A stretch of 64,000 nt of DNA from an uncultured Anaerolineales bacterium (GCA_964621835.1 CAZUMA010000005.1:2527-66526), one strand, 5' to 3'. Counted from the stretch's first letter, positions 17,607 through 28,125 are shown. Translations and numbers: made by a program. The notes: generated by a model not told the origin, from the sequence alone.

Positions 17607-18779
17607 ATGCCTACGGTCCAGGACAGCTTCATCCTCAGCGACGAGCACAAAATGATCCAGAAAGCGGCCCGAGATTTTGCCCAAAATGAGATCAGCCCGA
17701 TCGCAGCAGAATTTGATGAGCGGGGAGATTTCCCTGTGGAAACCATCAGGAAAATGGGGGAGATGGGGTTCATGGGAATTGAAGTCCCAGAAAAATACGG
17801 CGGCGCCGGGATGGATACCCTGGCGTATGTCTTAGCCCTGGAGGAAATCAGCAAAGCGGATGCTGCCCATGGAACGATAATGTCTGTAAATAATTCCCTG
17901 TTCAATTACGGCCTGTTGATATTTGGCACGGAAGAGCAGAAGCAGACTTTTCTTGTTCCAGTTGCCTCTGGGGAGAAAGTTGCCGCTTATTCCCTCACCG
18001 AACCCATGTCTGGTTCAGACGCAGGCACCATGCGGAGCAGAGCGGTTCGGGAGGGCGACGAATATGTTCTTAACGGTCGTAAATCCTGGGTGTCTGGAGG
18101 GCCAGTCGCGGAGGTTCTGGTCGTGTTCATGATGACCGAGCCGGAGCAAAAACACCACGGTGTCACAGCGTTCCTGGTTGATGCCAGCCAGCCAGGTTTC
18201 ATCCGCTCGAAAAAGGAACCGAAGCTCGGCATCCGGGCCTCGGCAACCAGTGAACTGGTCTTCGAGGATTACCGCTGTCCGGTCAAAAACCGCCTTGGGG
18301 AGGAAGGACAGGGATTTAAAATTGCCATGACCGGGCTCGATGCCGGAAGAATCGGCGTGGCTGCCCAGGCGCTTGGCATTGCTGAAGCCGCGTATGAAGC
18401 CAGTGTCCAATATGCCCAGGAGCGGGAAGCTTTTGGGAAAAAGATCGGACAGTTCCAGGGGGTCTCATTTCCCATTGCGGATATGAAAACACGAATCGAA
18501 GCTTCCCGATTACTAATCTACCAGGCGGCTTTTGCAAAGGAACGATATAAATCCTCAGGCGAGCGCTACACCCTCGAAGCTGCGATGGCAAAGCTGTTTG
18601 CTTCAGAAACTGCGACGTTTTGCGCAAACGCAGCGGTGCAAATTCACGGAGGCATGGGCTACTCCAAAGAACTCCCCATCGAAAAGTACTATCGAGATGC
18701 TAAAATCACTGAGATCTACGAAGGCACCAGTGAAATCCTGCGGTGGGTGATATCCAGACTTGAAACCGGCTTGAGATAG
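17607..18779 (+). CDS. acyl-CoA dehydrogenase (short/butyryl-CoA dehydrogenase-like)
   Basis: 390 aa with YSLTEPMSGSDAG, catalytic-region IYEGTSEI and QIHGGMGY motifs typical of the ACAD family. An AGGAGGGA RBS is present. Confidence 0.9.
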   Translation: MPTVQDSFILSDEHKMIQKAARDFAQNEISPIAAEFDERGDFPVETIRKMGEMGFMGIEVPEKYGGAGMDTLAYVLALEEISKADAAHGTIMSVNNSLFNYGLLIFGTEEQKQTFLVPVASGEKVAAYSLTEPMSGSDAGTMRSRAVREGDEYVLNGRKSWVSGGPVAEVLVVFMMTEPEQKHHGVTAFLVDASQPGFIRSKKEPKLGIRASATSELVFEDYRCPVKNRLGEEGQGFKIAMTGLDAGRIGVAAQALGIAEAAYEASVQYAQEREAFGKKIGQFQGVSFPIADMKTRIEASRLLIYQAAFAKERYKSSGERYTLEAAMAKLFASETATFCANAAVQIHGGMGYSKELPIEKYYRDAKITEIYEGTSEILRWVISRLETGLR

Positions 18780-18824
18780 CCTTGATAGGGAAGACTGATT
18801 GATTCTAAAGCGCGGAGGTCGCAT

Positions 18825-21485
18825 ATGAACCGGACTGGTTGGACAGTGCTAGCAGTTGCTCTTAGTGTCCTCTCATCAGCCCTGTTAACCTGGAGACTTC
18901 AGAAATATCGCAAGAGCGAAACACACGAAAAAAACGGCGGGGGTATCCGGGGGTTCATCCGTTATGAAAGATCCAGGTTGAAGGAGGGGTTAGCCACCTT
19001 CTTCAAATGGTTGCTGCCGATCAAGAAATATCAGTTGGTTTTCCTGGGGATCGGACTGGTGGTCTTCGGCCAACTGGCAATGCGAAGAACCGCGCCCATC
19101 GAAGCCTGGCGGCCAACCTTACTGGCAATCAACGAGTGGCTCCGCATCGATGTCAAGTATCTGGGGAATGTGTTTATTGGCATCACCGCCACCCTGATCG
19201 GGGGACTGCTATTCGCCCTGGTGACCTTCAAGCATCCTGTGATCCACACCCGCCGACTCACTCCGCTCCAGAAAGCCGATCCGATAAAACCTCAGAAATC
19301 CCCTTTCATAAAATCCCTCAAAGGATGGGTTTTCGGGTCTCTGTTTTTCGCCCTGCTGCTCTATCGGGCCTTTCAAGGTCAGCTGATTTACATTGATATC
19401 CTCTTCTGGGTCGCTGCCCTGCTCCTGATCTCATCGGCCTTTTTCAGATATGACAGGAATCGTGGGGTATCCCTGGGTGGAAAAATCCCCACCGCTCAAC
19501 TGGGGATCCTCACCGGTCTGCTGATCCTTGCGCTGCTGATTGGAACATATGAACTGCAAAACCTTCCAAACAGTCTGCTGGGAGATGAGGGCAACTTCTT
19601 TGAAACCGCTCGATTTATTACCAGAGGAGAATATCGAGGGTCGATCTTTGGATTCGGGGTGTATTCTTATCCTGTTTTCAGCTCCTTTTTCCAGGCCGGT
19701 GTGATGAGCATCTTTGGGGTTGATTTATGGGGTTGGAGGTTTTCCTCTTTGCTGCCTTCTGTGCTGGCGGTCGTTCCCCTGTATTTGATCGGGCGGGAAC
19801 TATTTAACAGCTGGGTGGGCACCATCGCCTCCCTGGCAATGATGAGCTCGCCATACCTTTTATCCTTCTCCAGGCTTGGATACAACAACTCGCAGACCAT
19901 ATTCACCACAACCCTGTGCGTCTATTTTCTGATCATCTCCGTGAAAAAAGGCAGCCTTTTCTACACATATCTTGCAGGTGTTGTTGCTGGATTTGGTTTT
20001 TTAACTTACACAGCAGGACGGCTGGGCTTGATCATCCTTTGTGGAATGCTTGGTTACTTTCTTTTGAGAAATCTCCGCAATAAAACCCTGCGGCGGTTCC
20101 TGCTGGCGGCCATTCTGGTCCTGATTGCTGGATGGGCAGTAATCGCAGTTCCCCATCTTGTTTATGGAAGGAATCTCAGCTCCTATGACCTTTATCATAA
20201 AATGATCGAGGGGCTCTTCATCCAAGCTGATTTTGCCAAAGGCCTGTTTGGGGAAGAAGCCCTGTTTGAAACCCATCCTCCGTATACCATTGAACAGTTC
20301 CAGCTCTATTACAATCCCGGAATTTATGGGAAAGTTCTTCTGCGCGGTTTTCTGCGGACGATGCTTTCCTTTCAATTTGATGAGCATCACACAAACCATT
20401 TCCTGACCTCGTCCCTATCAGGACCTTTTGCTGTCTTCTTTTATGTCCTGGGATTTTACATCGTCCTCACCCATTTCTGGAAGCCCAAGACGTTTCTCAT
20501 CCTCCTCTGGTTTGGCAGCGCGGTGATCCTGCTGAGCACGATCAGCACGTACCCTCCCCGCCCTTCGCATCTGGTGCCAATTATTCCCGCCGTTTCCCTG
20601 ATCATTGGCGTGGGGGTTTACTCATCTGTGGACCAGGCCGCTGCGTTCTTGAAAGAGAAAAAGATTGACTGGGGTTTCATCAAACCCTTTTTCCTGCTGT
20701 GTCTTTGCCTGGTGATGATGGTCGCTGGGATCCATGAATATTTTGTAACCTCTCCCCGGGAATACCGTCCAAACCTTGAGGCGATCATGAATTGGGCAGG
20801 GTTGAACAACCCGGAAGAAGTCGACTTTTTCTATATCTATACCCAGGAAAACTGGAGGGAATGGAAACCATTCCTGTACCGATTCGACCTGACGAACCCG
20901 GAATTCCAATCTTACGCGTATGATGATGTACTGGGGAACTCGGTTTCCTGGCCTGCAGACAAGGATTTTTCTGTGTTTATCGAAGAAGACCTGGCTGAAT
21001 CCATTGTGCCGGTTCTCCTGAACCAGATCAAGCAAGGGAAATTGGTCACATTTCTGAGTAAAGAAAAACAACCCATCGCCAGGGCTGTCTACCGGGGAAC
21101 GATCAGTTTTTCTTCTTACCAATCTCTTCGTTCAGGCCTGGGAAATCTACTCACCTCCCGGGTGATGTGGTTGGTCTGGCCGCTGGTTGGTTTTGGGATC
21201 TACCTTTTTTATCAAATGCTGCCCAAAAAGCAGCTTGCCGGCCTCCAGGAGGCTCTCCAGGTTCCCAAGCTGTCGCTTGGGAAAGCGAGAAAAAGCAGGA
21301 CTGAATCCGCAACAACTTCCCAAACGCCTCCACACCACCAGTACGAAGTTGGGTTCTTCTCAAAATGGGTCTTTCGAAACCGAGACCACCACGTCGAAAT
21401 CAAATTCGTTGTGAATCACCATCATGATCTCAAAAGCGGACCCCCTAACACCCAGAATGATCCAGACCCACCCCGGGATGGATAA
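18825..21485 (+). CDS. large polytopic GT-C fold glycosyltransferase (GT39/ArnT/PMT_2-like) with C-terminal soluble domain and His-rich tail
   Basis: 886 aa with more than 12 predicted TM helices. The first-loop acidic motif LLGDEGNFFETA is followed by YSYPVFSSFFQAGVMSIFG...LPSVLAVVPLYLIGRELF, as in ArnT/PMT-type enzymes. The tail reads HHVEIKFVVNHHHD. Confidence 0.6.
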   Translation: MNRTGWTVLAVALSVLSSALLTWRLQKYRKSETHEKNGGGIRGFIRYERSRLKEGLATFFKWLLPIKKYQLVFLGIGLVVFGQLAMRRTAPIEAWRPTLLAINEWLRIDVKYLGNVFIGITATLIGGLLFALVTFKHPVIHTRRLTPLQKADPIKPQKSPFIKSLKGWVFGSLFFALLLYRAFQGQLIYIDILFWVAALLLISSAFFRYDRNRGVSLGGKIPTAQLGILTGLLILALLIGTYELQNLPNSLLGDEGNFFETARFITRGEYRGSIFGFGVYSYPVFSSFFQAGVMSIFGVDLWGWRFSSLLPSVLAVVPLYLIGRELFNSWVGTIASLAMMSSPYLLSFSRLGYNNSQTIFTTTLCVYFLIISVKKGSLFYTYLAGVVAGFGFLTYTAGRLGLIILCGMLGYFLLRNLRNKTLRRFLLAAILVLIAGWAVIAVPHLVYGRNLSSYDLYHKMIEGLFIQADFAKGLFGEEALFETHPPYTIEQFQLYYNPGIYGKVLLRGFLRTMLSFQFDEHHTNHFLTSSLSGPFAVFFYVLGFYIVLTHFWKPKTFLILLWFGSAVILLSTISTYPPRPSHLVPIIPAVSLIIGVGVYSSVDQAAAFLKEKKIDWGFIKPFFLLCLCLVMMVAGIHEYFVTSPREYRPNLEAIMNWAGLNNPEEVDFFYIYTQENWREWKPFLYRFDLTNPEFQSYAYDDVLGNSVSWPADKDFSVFIEEDLAESIVPVLLNQIKQGKLVTFLSKEKQPIARAVYRGTISFSSYQSLRSGLGNLLTSRVMWLVWPLVGFGIYLFYQMLPKKQLAGLQEALQVPKLSLGKARKSRTESATTSQTPPHHQYEVGFFSKWVFRNRDHHVEIKFVVNHHHDLKSGPPNTQNDPDPPRDG

Positions 21486-21570
21486 CAAATACAGCCTGGG
21501 TGGATCACAAGACTGCGGAGCAACTCCCCACCAACCTGCCAGGGGATCAACTGAACCTTAAGGAAGGAAC

Positions 21571-23682
21571 ATGGCAGCAACGGAGTGGACTTTGATCGCC
21601 ATCGCCTGCGGAATCCTGGTCACCGCGCTTTTTACCTGGTGGGCAGGGCGGTATCGGCAAAGTCCAGGGTATCAACACCGCCAGGATTGGTTCCACCAGC
21701 TGTTAAAAAAAGAAGAAACCCTGATTCATACCCTCCATCAACAAGCCCAAAAGTTGTTTAAGCGTTATGGAATGGATGATGGGTCTCTGCAGTATTTTAT
21801 TGAGGTACTGCTGATCAGTATCTGGACATACGTGGTCTGCCGATGCTATTTTAATTTCGACCCGCTGGTTGTCCCGGGGGGCAGAGAATTCAGTTCCGCT
21901 GTTCAGACACATCATCTGTGGACTCGATTTCAGGAATGTGGCTGGTGCGCGTTATGGAATGGGTCCGCAGCTGGCGGTTATCCAGCCTTTGCTGATCTTT
22001 TTGGAAGCATGCTTCACCCCCTAGTCATCATGACCGCGCTGCTGGCAGGTGTGGTCAACGGGGCAAAAATAGCCCTGGTGCTGTCATTCTGGACAGCAGG
22101 CATTGCCCAGTGGTGGATTGCCCGGGAACTGCGTCTGAGTGCTGCGGCCAGGATATGGAGCAGCGGATTAGCTGTTGCGGGAGGTCACCTATCCGCCAGA
22201 ATGGAGCTGGGTGCTTTTGGAGTTGTCTTGTCAACGGCCATGGCCAGTTTAGTTTTCGGGGCTGTTTTCCATCTTTTCAATCACCCTGGCAGAAGAGCAT
22301 CTGTGATCCTTGGCATCATCACAGCCTCAGTGATCCTGTCAGGACAGGGATACATTCAGCTGGGATTATTGGGGACATTACCAGCATTTGGGTTTCTTCT
22401 TTTGGATCGTAAGTTTCGACTCAAAAACAGCTGGGGGGACTATCTCCGGGCATTGATCATCGCTTTCCTGCTGTCGGCAATACTGCTGGTGCCGTTCATC
22501 CATTTCAGCCCTCATTTCACAAAGCACGCGGATGTGAATTTAGCCATGGCTCAACCACTCCGTTATATCCCCCTTAATTATGTCATCAATGATTATGATT
22601 ATTACATCAGCCCGATTCTGGACAAACTTCCCTACCCTGCCCTGAATGCCCTCTTTATTGGTTGGATTCCTGTTCTGCTCGCCGTGTATGGGCTAACTGA
22701 AACAAAGATGATCTCCAAGCCCATCAAGTTCTACCTGATCAGCAGCATAGGTTTGATTCTGTTATTTGCCAGCGGGATTGCCCTCCGGTTTATACATGTG
22801 TTCTGGGAAATGGCAGCAGCCAGCAGACATCCCTCCTTGATTGCTGGTTTGTCGGTACCCTTAGTCCTCAGTTTCTCTGCGGTGGGTCTTGATAAACTCC
22901 TGCGGTTGGACTGGCCAAGGTGGAGATTTCCAATTCGCTTGCCAGGGAAAAACCAACCTCTCCGTTTTCCTACGGAATGGATTTTGATCTTTCCTCTGCT
23001 GTTCAGCCTGTTCCAAACCTATCAATTTGCATCGCTATGGATTCAAGTGCAAGGAATTCCTCCTGAGATTAATGAAGTAGTTGAGGCTTTGCAAACTGAG
23101 AGCCTGCAATGGGTTCAACTGCCCCATGGAGACCATTATTATATTGAACCAGCAGTTCGTCTCGGACTGAAAACGAGCCCTGGAATCATGCCCTGGCAGT
23201 GGAAAGACAGAAATATTCCCAGGGCCAAGCTGGAAGCCAGCTATACTGGACAACCGGAGGGAGCCGCCCGTCCCATCCAGACCATCCATTCAATCACCAT
23301 TTATGAGCGCCTTGATGTGGAATATGCAGCGGTCATTCAGGGTACGAAGTCAATCCCCTGCAGCGCAGAAGGACTGGGGGGAACCATCTCCGTCACCTGC
23401 GACACAGATCAACTAGGAACCCTGATCATCAAGGAATACTCCTATTCTGGCTGGCGTGGATGGCGGGATGGGAAGAGAATCCAGCTCAGCTACTCGGATT
23501 GGCTCTCCACTTTTGCACCCAGCGGTCATCACCAATATGTCTTCCTGTATCTGCCCTGGGATGTCCCCCTGGGTCTGAGCTTTTCTGCGGTGGGGATAAT
23601 TCTGTGTATCATCCTGTGGATATCCTCCCGGAATCAGATCCCAAAACCATCAAATCCAGGCAGGAAGGAGAAAATCCGCTGA
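21571..23682 (+). CDS. large polytopic membrane protein, possible GT-C/YfhO-like glycosyltransferase
   Basis: 703 aa with many hydrophobic helices and a C-terminal ~200-aa soluble region plus a final TM helix. No catalytic motif was recognised. Confidence 0.45.
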   Translation: MAATEWTLIAIACGILVTALFTWWAGRYRQSPGYQHRQDWFHQLLKKEETLIHTLHQQAQKLFKRYGMDDGSLQYFIEVLLISIWTYVVCRCYFNFDPLVVPGGREFSSAVQTHHLWTRFQECGWCALWNGSAAGGYPAFADLFGSMLHPLVIMTALLAGVVNGAKIALVLSFWTAGIAQWWIARELRLSAAARIWSSGLAVAGGHLSARMELGAFGVVLSTAMASLVFGAVFHLFNHPGRRASVILGIITASVILSGQGYIQLGLLGTLPAFGFLLLDRKFRLKNSWGDYLRALIIAFLLSAILLVPFIHFSPHFTKHADVNLAMAQPLRYIPLNYVINDYDYYISPILDKLPYPALNALFIGWIPVLLAVYGLTETKMISKPIKFYLISSIGLILLFASGIALRFIHVFWEMAAASRHPSLIAGLSVPLVLSFSAVGLDKLLRLDWPRWRFPIRLPGKNQPLRFPTEWILIFPLLFSLFQTYQFASLWIQVQGIPPEINEVVEALQTESLQWVQLPHGDHYYIEPAVRLGLKTSPGIMPWQWKDRNIPRAKLEASYTGQPEGAARPIQTIHSITIYERLDVEYAAVIQGTKSIPCSAEGLGGTISVTCDTDQLGTLIIKEYSYSGWRGWRDGKRIQLSYSDWLSTFAPSGHHQYVFLYLPWDVPLGLSFSAVGIILCIILWISSRNQIPKPSNPGRKEKIR

Positions 23683-24143
23683 TGGAAAAAAATAACCACC
23701 AGAAACTCCCCGAAGGCAGGCCGGCTGCATCACCACATCAACCGCTCCAAATTATTCTTCTCAGCATGATCTTCTTTTTGCTCAGCGCCAGGGAACTTCT
23801 GCGTTTTATTCAGGTGCTCTTCTATTGGAACATGCTCACAGCCTTGCAAATCACCGTATCTCCCTTGTTTATCGCACTGCCGAGCCTATTCCTGGGAATT
23901 TTTGGTATCATCGTACTCTGGGGGCTGTGGCCCGGAAAACCCTGGTCCAGGCTGGGTGGTTTTGCGTTCAGCGTGCTGTATGCTTTCAAAGCGTGGCTGG
24001 AGCTGTTATTGGCACCAGACCCACTTAGCCTACAAAACCGGTGGCCTTTCCAGCTTACAATCACAATCCTTGGTCTTGCTGTGGTATCCGGACTGCTTGT
24101 CCACCGATCAAGCAAACAACACTTCCAAAGACATTCCCCTTAA
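23682..24143 (+). CDS. small 4-TM membrane protein (hypothetical)
   Basis: The ATG at 23682 overlaps the upstream TGA by 1 nt (TGATG), giving MEKNNHQKLPEGRP... and then four hydrophobic helices. The track ORF extends further upstream in the same frame. Confidence 0.45.
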   Translation: MEKNNHQKLPEGRPAASPHQPLQIILLSMIFFLLSARELLRFIQVLFYWNMLTALQITVSPLFIALPSLFLGIFGIIVLWGLWPGKPWSRLGGFAFSVLYAFKAWLELLLAPDPLSLQNRWPFQLTITILGLAVVSGLLVHRSSKQHFQRHSP

Positions 24144-24158
24144 CTCCCTGGAGCGAGT

Positions 24159-25718
24159 ATGGCCGACCAAAAGAAAAACCCCAAAATACAAGAACTGCGG
24201 GAGAAAAAAGCCAAATCCCGATTAGGGGGAGGGAAAGAGCGTATTAAAAAACAGCATCAGAAAGGGCGGCTGACCGCCCGGGAAAGATTAGAACTGCTTC
24301 TGGATAAAGGCTCTTTCCGGGAAATCGATCCCTTCATCGTCCACCGCACAACCGATTTCGGGATGGAGAAAAAGCAGGTCTTAGGGGACTCGGTTGTAAC
24401 CGGATGGGGAACCATCAATAATCGCTTAATCTATGTATTTTCCCAGGACTTCACGGTATTTGGTGGAAGCCTCGGAGAGGTCCATGCCGAAAAAGTTGTC
24501 AAGATCATGGACATGGCCCTGCAAAACGGTGCCCCGATTATTGGGTTGAATGATTCCGGAGGGGCCCGCATTCAGGAAGGTGTTGTTTCGTTGGGGGGAT
24601 ATGCTGAGATTTTCCTTCGTAATACCCTCGCCTCCGGGGTCATCCCCCAGATCAGCGTCATCATGGGCCCCTGTGCTGGTGGTGCGGTGTATTCCCCAGC
24701 ACTGACCGATTTTATCTTTATGGTCCGGGGCTCCTCGTATATGTTTATCACCGGACCGGAAGTGGTCAAAGTGGTCACGCACGAGGAGGTTTCTTTTGAG
24801 CAGTTAGGGGGAGCAGATGTTCATGCGGAAAGGTCCGGGGTCTGTCATATCGCGGCGGACACGGAAGCCAACACATTGTTTTTGGTTCGAAAACTGCTAT
24901 CCTATCTTCCTCAAAATAACATGGAGGATCCTCCCTTTGTTCCCACCGATGACAGCCCCCTGCGCCGGGAACCAGCACTGGATACAATCATCCCGGAAGA
25001 CCCTACCAAACCCTATGACATGAAATCCGTGATCTCATTGATTGTCGATGAAGGCGAGTTTTTTGAGATCCAGGAGAAATTTGCCCCGAATATTGTGGTT
25101 GGATTTGCCCGGGCTGGCGGGCACTGCGTCGGGATCGTCGCCAACCAACCCGCCCACCTGGCTGGTGCACTGGATATCAATTCCTCTCAAAAAGCAGCCA
25201 GGTTTGTGCGTTTCTGTGATGCCTTTAATATCCCGCTGCTGACCCTTGTAGATGTGCCCGGATTTCTTCCCGGGGTTGACCAGGAACACGGGGGGATCAT
25301 CCGCGCAGGCGCAAAACTGCTCTTTGCTTTTTCGGAAGCGACAGTGCCCAAAATTACCTTGATCACCCGGAAGGCCTACGGGGGAGCGTATGATGTGATG
25401 AGCAGCAAACATATTCGCGGGGATCTCAACTTCGCCTGGCCAAGTGCAGAAATTGCCGTCATGGGACCGGAGAGCGCTGTCAATATTGTCTTTCGCAAGG
25501 AACTTGCAGCGGCAGAAGATCCGGAGAAACAGCGGGAAGAGCTGGTGAAGGAATATCGGGAGAAATTCGCCAATCCCTATATTGCCGCCTCTAGGGGATA
25601 TGTGGATAATGTTATCGAGCCCAGCGAAACCCGAACCCGACTGATTAATGCCCTGGAAATGCTCTGCAATAAACGCGATAAGAATCCACCCAAAAAGCAC
25701 GGGAATATTCCCCTCTAA
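24159..25718 (+). CDS. acyl-CoA carboxylase carboxyltransferase subunit (propionyl-CoA carboxylase beta / methylmalonyl-CoA carboxyltransferase 12S-like)
   Basis: 519 aa. [44 protein letters not shown] and AYGGAYDVM are hallmark carboxyl_trans motifs. Confidence 0.9.
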   Translation: MADQKKNPKIQELREKKAKSRLGGGKERIKKQHQKGRLTARERLELLLDKGSFREIDPFIVHRTTDFGMEKKQVLGDSVVTGWGTINNRLIYVFSQDFTVFGGSLGEVHAEKVVKIMDMALQNGAPIIGLNDSGGARIQEGVVSLGGYAEIFLRNTLASGVIPQISVIMGPCAGGAVYSPALTDFIFMVRGSSYMFITGPEVVKVVTHEEVSFEQLGGADVHAERSGVCHIAADTEANTLFLVRKLLSYLPQNNMEDPPFVPTDDSPLRREPALDTIIPEDPTKPYDMKSVISLIVDEGEFFEIQEKFAPNIVVGFARAGGHCVGIVANQPAHLAGALDINSSQKAARFVRFCDAFNIPLLTLVDVPGFLPGVDQEHGGIIRAGAKLLFAFSEATVPKITLITRKAYGGAYDVMSSKHIRGDLNFAWPSAEIAVMGPESAVNIVFRKELAAAEDPEKQREELVKEYREKFANPYIAASRGYVDNVIEPSETRTRLINALEMLCNKRDKNPPKKHGNIPL

Positions 25719-25787
25719 GGCCCGCGAGCCAAGACTTTTCACGATCAGCCAGCAAAGAATCTGGGCAGAGGAAAAACGAACGCAGCC

Positions 25788-27302
25788 ATGTTTCAAAAAG
25801 TGCTCATTGCCAACCGGGGAGAAATCGCAGTCAGGATCATTCGGGCCTGTCGGGAACTGGACATACACACCGTGGCCCTTTATTCGGACGCTGACCGCCA
25901 GAGCCTGCATGTTCGCTACGCAGATGAAGCATATCGATTGGGCCCACCAAAAGCCAGTGAGTCATACCTTCAGGGGGAGAGGATTTTGGAGATCGCAAAA
26001 GAATGCCGCGCAGACGCCATTCATCCCGGATATGGATTTTTAGCCGAGCGGGCAGATTTCGCTCAAGATTGCCTGGAAGCAGGGATCACTTTTATCGGTC
26101 CGAAACCCTCTTCCATTGCGGCAATGGGAGATAAGCAAATTGCTCGGACGACGGTTTCAGAAGCTGGGGTTCCAGTGGTCCCTGGGACCGAAGGACAGGG
26201 TGATCTTTCGGATCAGAAATTGCTTTCCCTCGCTGAGGAAATTGGCTTCCCATTATTGATTAAACCCAGCGCGGGCGGCGGAGGGATGGGGATGCGAGAA
26301 GTCCACAACCTCTCAGAGATGCCGGGATTGATGATGGCAGCCCGCCGGGAAGCAAAAGCCTCCTTCGGCGATGATAACATCTACCTGGAAAAAATGCTTG
26401 AGAATGTCCGGCATATTGAATTCCAGATCCTTGCCGATCATCACGGCAATGTCATTCATCTTGGAGAACGGGAATGCTCCATTCAGCGGCGCCACCAGAA
26501 ATTGCTCGAAGAAGCACCCGCCCAATTTGTAGCGGAGGATCCTGCCCTCCGGGAAGAAATGGGAGCTGTTGCCCTTCAAGCCGCAAGATCGGTTGATTAT
26601 GTCAACGCCGGGACAATAGAATTTCTGGTTGACCAAGATAAGAATTTTTATTTCCTAGAGATGAACACCAGGCTGCAGGTGGAGCATCCCGTCACAGAGG
26701 CAGTAACCGGCATTGACATCGTCAAAGAACAAATTCACATTGCAGCCGGGGAGCCCATCTCCCTCCGGCAGGAGGAGGTGGAAATCAAGGGCTGGGCTAT
26801 TGAGTGTCGGATCAATGCCGAGGATCCATTCCGGGGATTTCTTCCCTCTACCGGGATCATCTCTCACACCCTGCTTCCCACAGGACCGGGTGTCAGGATG
26901 GACACCGGCGTTTATTCCGGTTTTGAGATCTCCCCCTATTATGATGCCTTGATGGCCAAGCTAATTGTGCATGATTCCAACCGTCCCCGGGCACTGGCCC
27001 GGATGCGGCGGGCATTGGAGGAATATAAAATCATTGGGATTCGCACGAACATCCCCTTCCATCAAAAGCTCCTCTGCCATCCTGATTTTCAAACGGGGAA
27101 CTTCAACACCCAGTTTGTAGATAGCAGATTGTCAGCCCATCCCGCGCAGCCCCATGCTGAAAGCTACCCGGAAATCGCTGCCCTGGCTGCTGTCCTGGCG
27201 GCCGATGAAAGGATCCAGCAATCTGCACTCGTCATCCGCCGCGCAAATCGAGATCTCAGCAACTGGAAATGGGTCAGCCGCTGGGAGCGGACACAAGAAT
27301 AA
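25788..27302 (+). CDS. accC: biotin carboxylase subunit
   Basis: MFQKVLIANRGEIAVRIIRACRELDI, an ATP-grasp segment GGGGMGMR and EMNTRLQVEHPVTE are present. There is a ~50-aa C-terminal extension relative to typical AccC. Confidence 0.9.
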   Translation: MFQKVLIANRGEIAVRIIRACRELDIHTVALYSDADRQSLHVRYADEAYRLGPPKASESYLQGERILEIAKECRADAIHPGYGFLAERADFAQDCLEAGITFIGPKPSSIAAMGDKQIARTTVSEAGVPVVPGTEGQGDLSDQKLLSLAEEIGFPLLIKPSAGGGGMGMREVHNLSEMPGLMMAARREAKASFGDDNIYLEKMLENVRHIEFQILADHHGNVIHLGERECSIQRRHQKLLEEAPAQFVAEDPALREEMGAVALQAARSVDYVNAGTIEFLVDQDKNFYFLEMNTRLQVEHPVTEAVTGIDIVKEQIHIAAGEPISLRQEEVEIKGWAIECRINAEDPFRGFLPSTGIISHTLLPTGPGVRMDTGVYSGFEISPYYDALMAKLIVHDSNRPRALARMRRALEEYKIIGIRTNIPFHQKLLCHPDFQTGNFNTQFVDSRLSAHPAQPHAESYPEIAALAAVLAADERIQQSALVIRRANRDLSNWKWVSRWERTQE

Positions 27303-27307
27303 TCACA

Positions 27308-27811
27308 ATGCTTACCAAATACCTCGCAGAGATAGACGGAAATGAATATCTGGTGGAAATCCTCAGCGACCGGGAAGTTCGTGTTAACGGCATCCTCCAT
27401 CAAATCAGTTTTCAGGCTTTGCGCCAGAAGCTGACTTACTCGCTGCTGGTGGATGGGGGCTCCTTTGAAATCAATATCTACCAGGAAAACTCATCCTGGG
27501 AGGTCATTCTCCGTGGTCAGAGGTATTCTGTCAAAGTGGAAGATGAGCGGGAAAAACGGTTGAGGCTTGCAGCAGGGGAGTCCTCACTTTCCCAGGAAAA
27601 CGTACCCATCCAGGCACCCATGCCGGGACTCGTCATCGAGATCCCGGTTCAGGAGGGAGATCGTGTTAAAGAAGGGGACGTATTGCTGATCTTAGAATCA
27701 ATGAAGATGCAGAACGAACTGACAGCTCCACGGGATGGCACGGTTGCCAGCATCCTTGTTTCAAATACACAGAATGTGGACCGCAACCAGACCCTGGTGA
27801 TTTTGGATTAA
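27308..27811 (+). CDS. biotin carboxyl carrier (biotinyl/lipoyl-attachment domain) protein
   Basis: The C-terminal EGDVLLILESMKMQNELTAPRDGTV contains the biotinylation motif (E/A)MKM. I preferred the ATG at 27308 over the track start at 27269, which overlaps accC. Confidence 0.8.
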   Translation: MLTKYLAEIDGNEYLVEILSDREVRVNGILHQISFQALRQKLTYSLLVDGGSFEINIYQENSSWEVILRGQRYSVKVEDEREKRLRLAAGESSLSQENVPIQAPMPGLVIEIPVQEGDRVKEGDVLLILESMKMQNELTAPRDGTVASILVSNTQNVDRNQTLVILD

Positions 27812-27834
27812 TTGCCTGTTCAAAAACAGCGGCT

Positions 27835-28074
27835 TCACTCCTCCCCACGATCTTCATATTCCCGGGTTTTTCTGAGAAAACGGATCACCCTGAAAATCAG
27901 CGGGAATAGCACCAGCAGCAGTACGGCAGCTACAATTAGCAGCTCCCCCCATCCAATTGCGATCACGGGCCGGCAGGACAGGCTGACAAGCAGCACGGCC
28001 ACTCCTGAGATCAGCGCCTGCGGTCGTCCTTCTTTCATTAATTGCACCAGGAACCGTCGGTGGAACATCTTCAT
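27835..28074 (-). CDS. hypothetical small 2-TM protein
   Basis: ATG-initiated 79-aa ORF with two hydrophobic helices. No homology was recognised. Confidence 0.3.
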   Translation of the reverse strand: MKMFHRRFLVQLMKEGRPQALISGVAVLLVSLSCRPVIAIGWGELLIVAAVLLLVLFPLIFRVIRFLRKTREYEDRGEE

Positions 28075-28125
28075 CCTGACGCTTCCGAGCTTGGCTGATG
28101 TTTCAAATCCGACTGAACCATCTGG

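Noticed and set aside
25035-25910. A 291-aa minus-strand ORF spanning the junction of the carboxyltransferase and biotin carboxylase genes. Similar long antisense ORFs occur at 56887..57585, 63061..63750, 48484..49119, 49465..50085, 34745..35392 and 45148..45675.
   Set aside because: Each lies antisense to a gene with unmistakable family motifs. None has a recognisable motif, and their composition is Arg/Gly/Pro-rich, as is typical for the reverse frame of GC-biased codons. I treat them as shadow ORFs.
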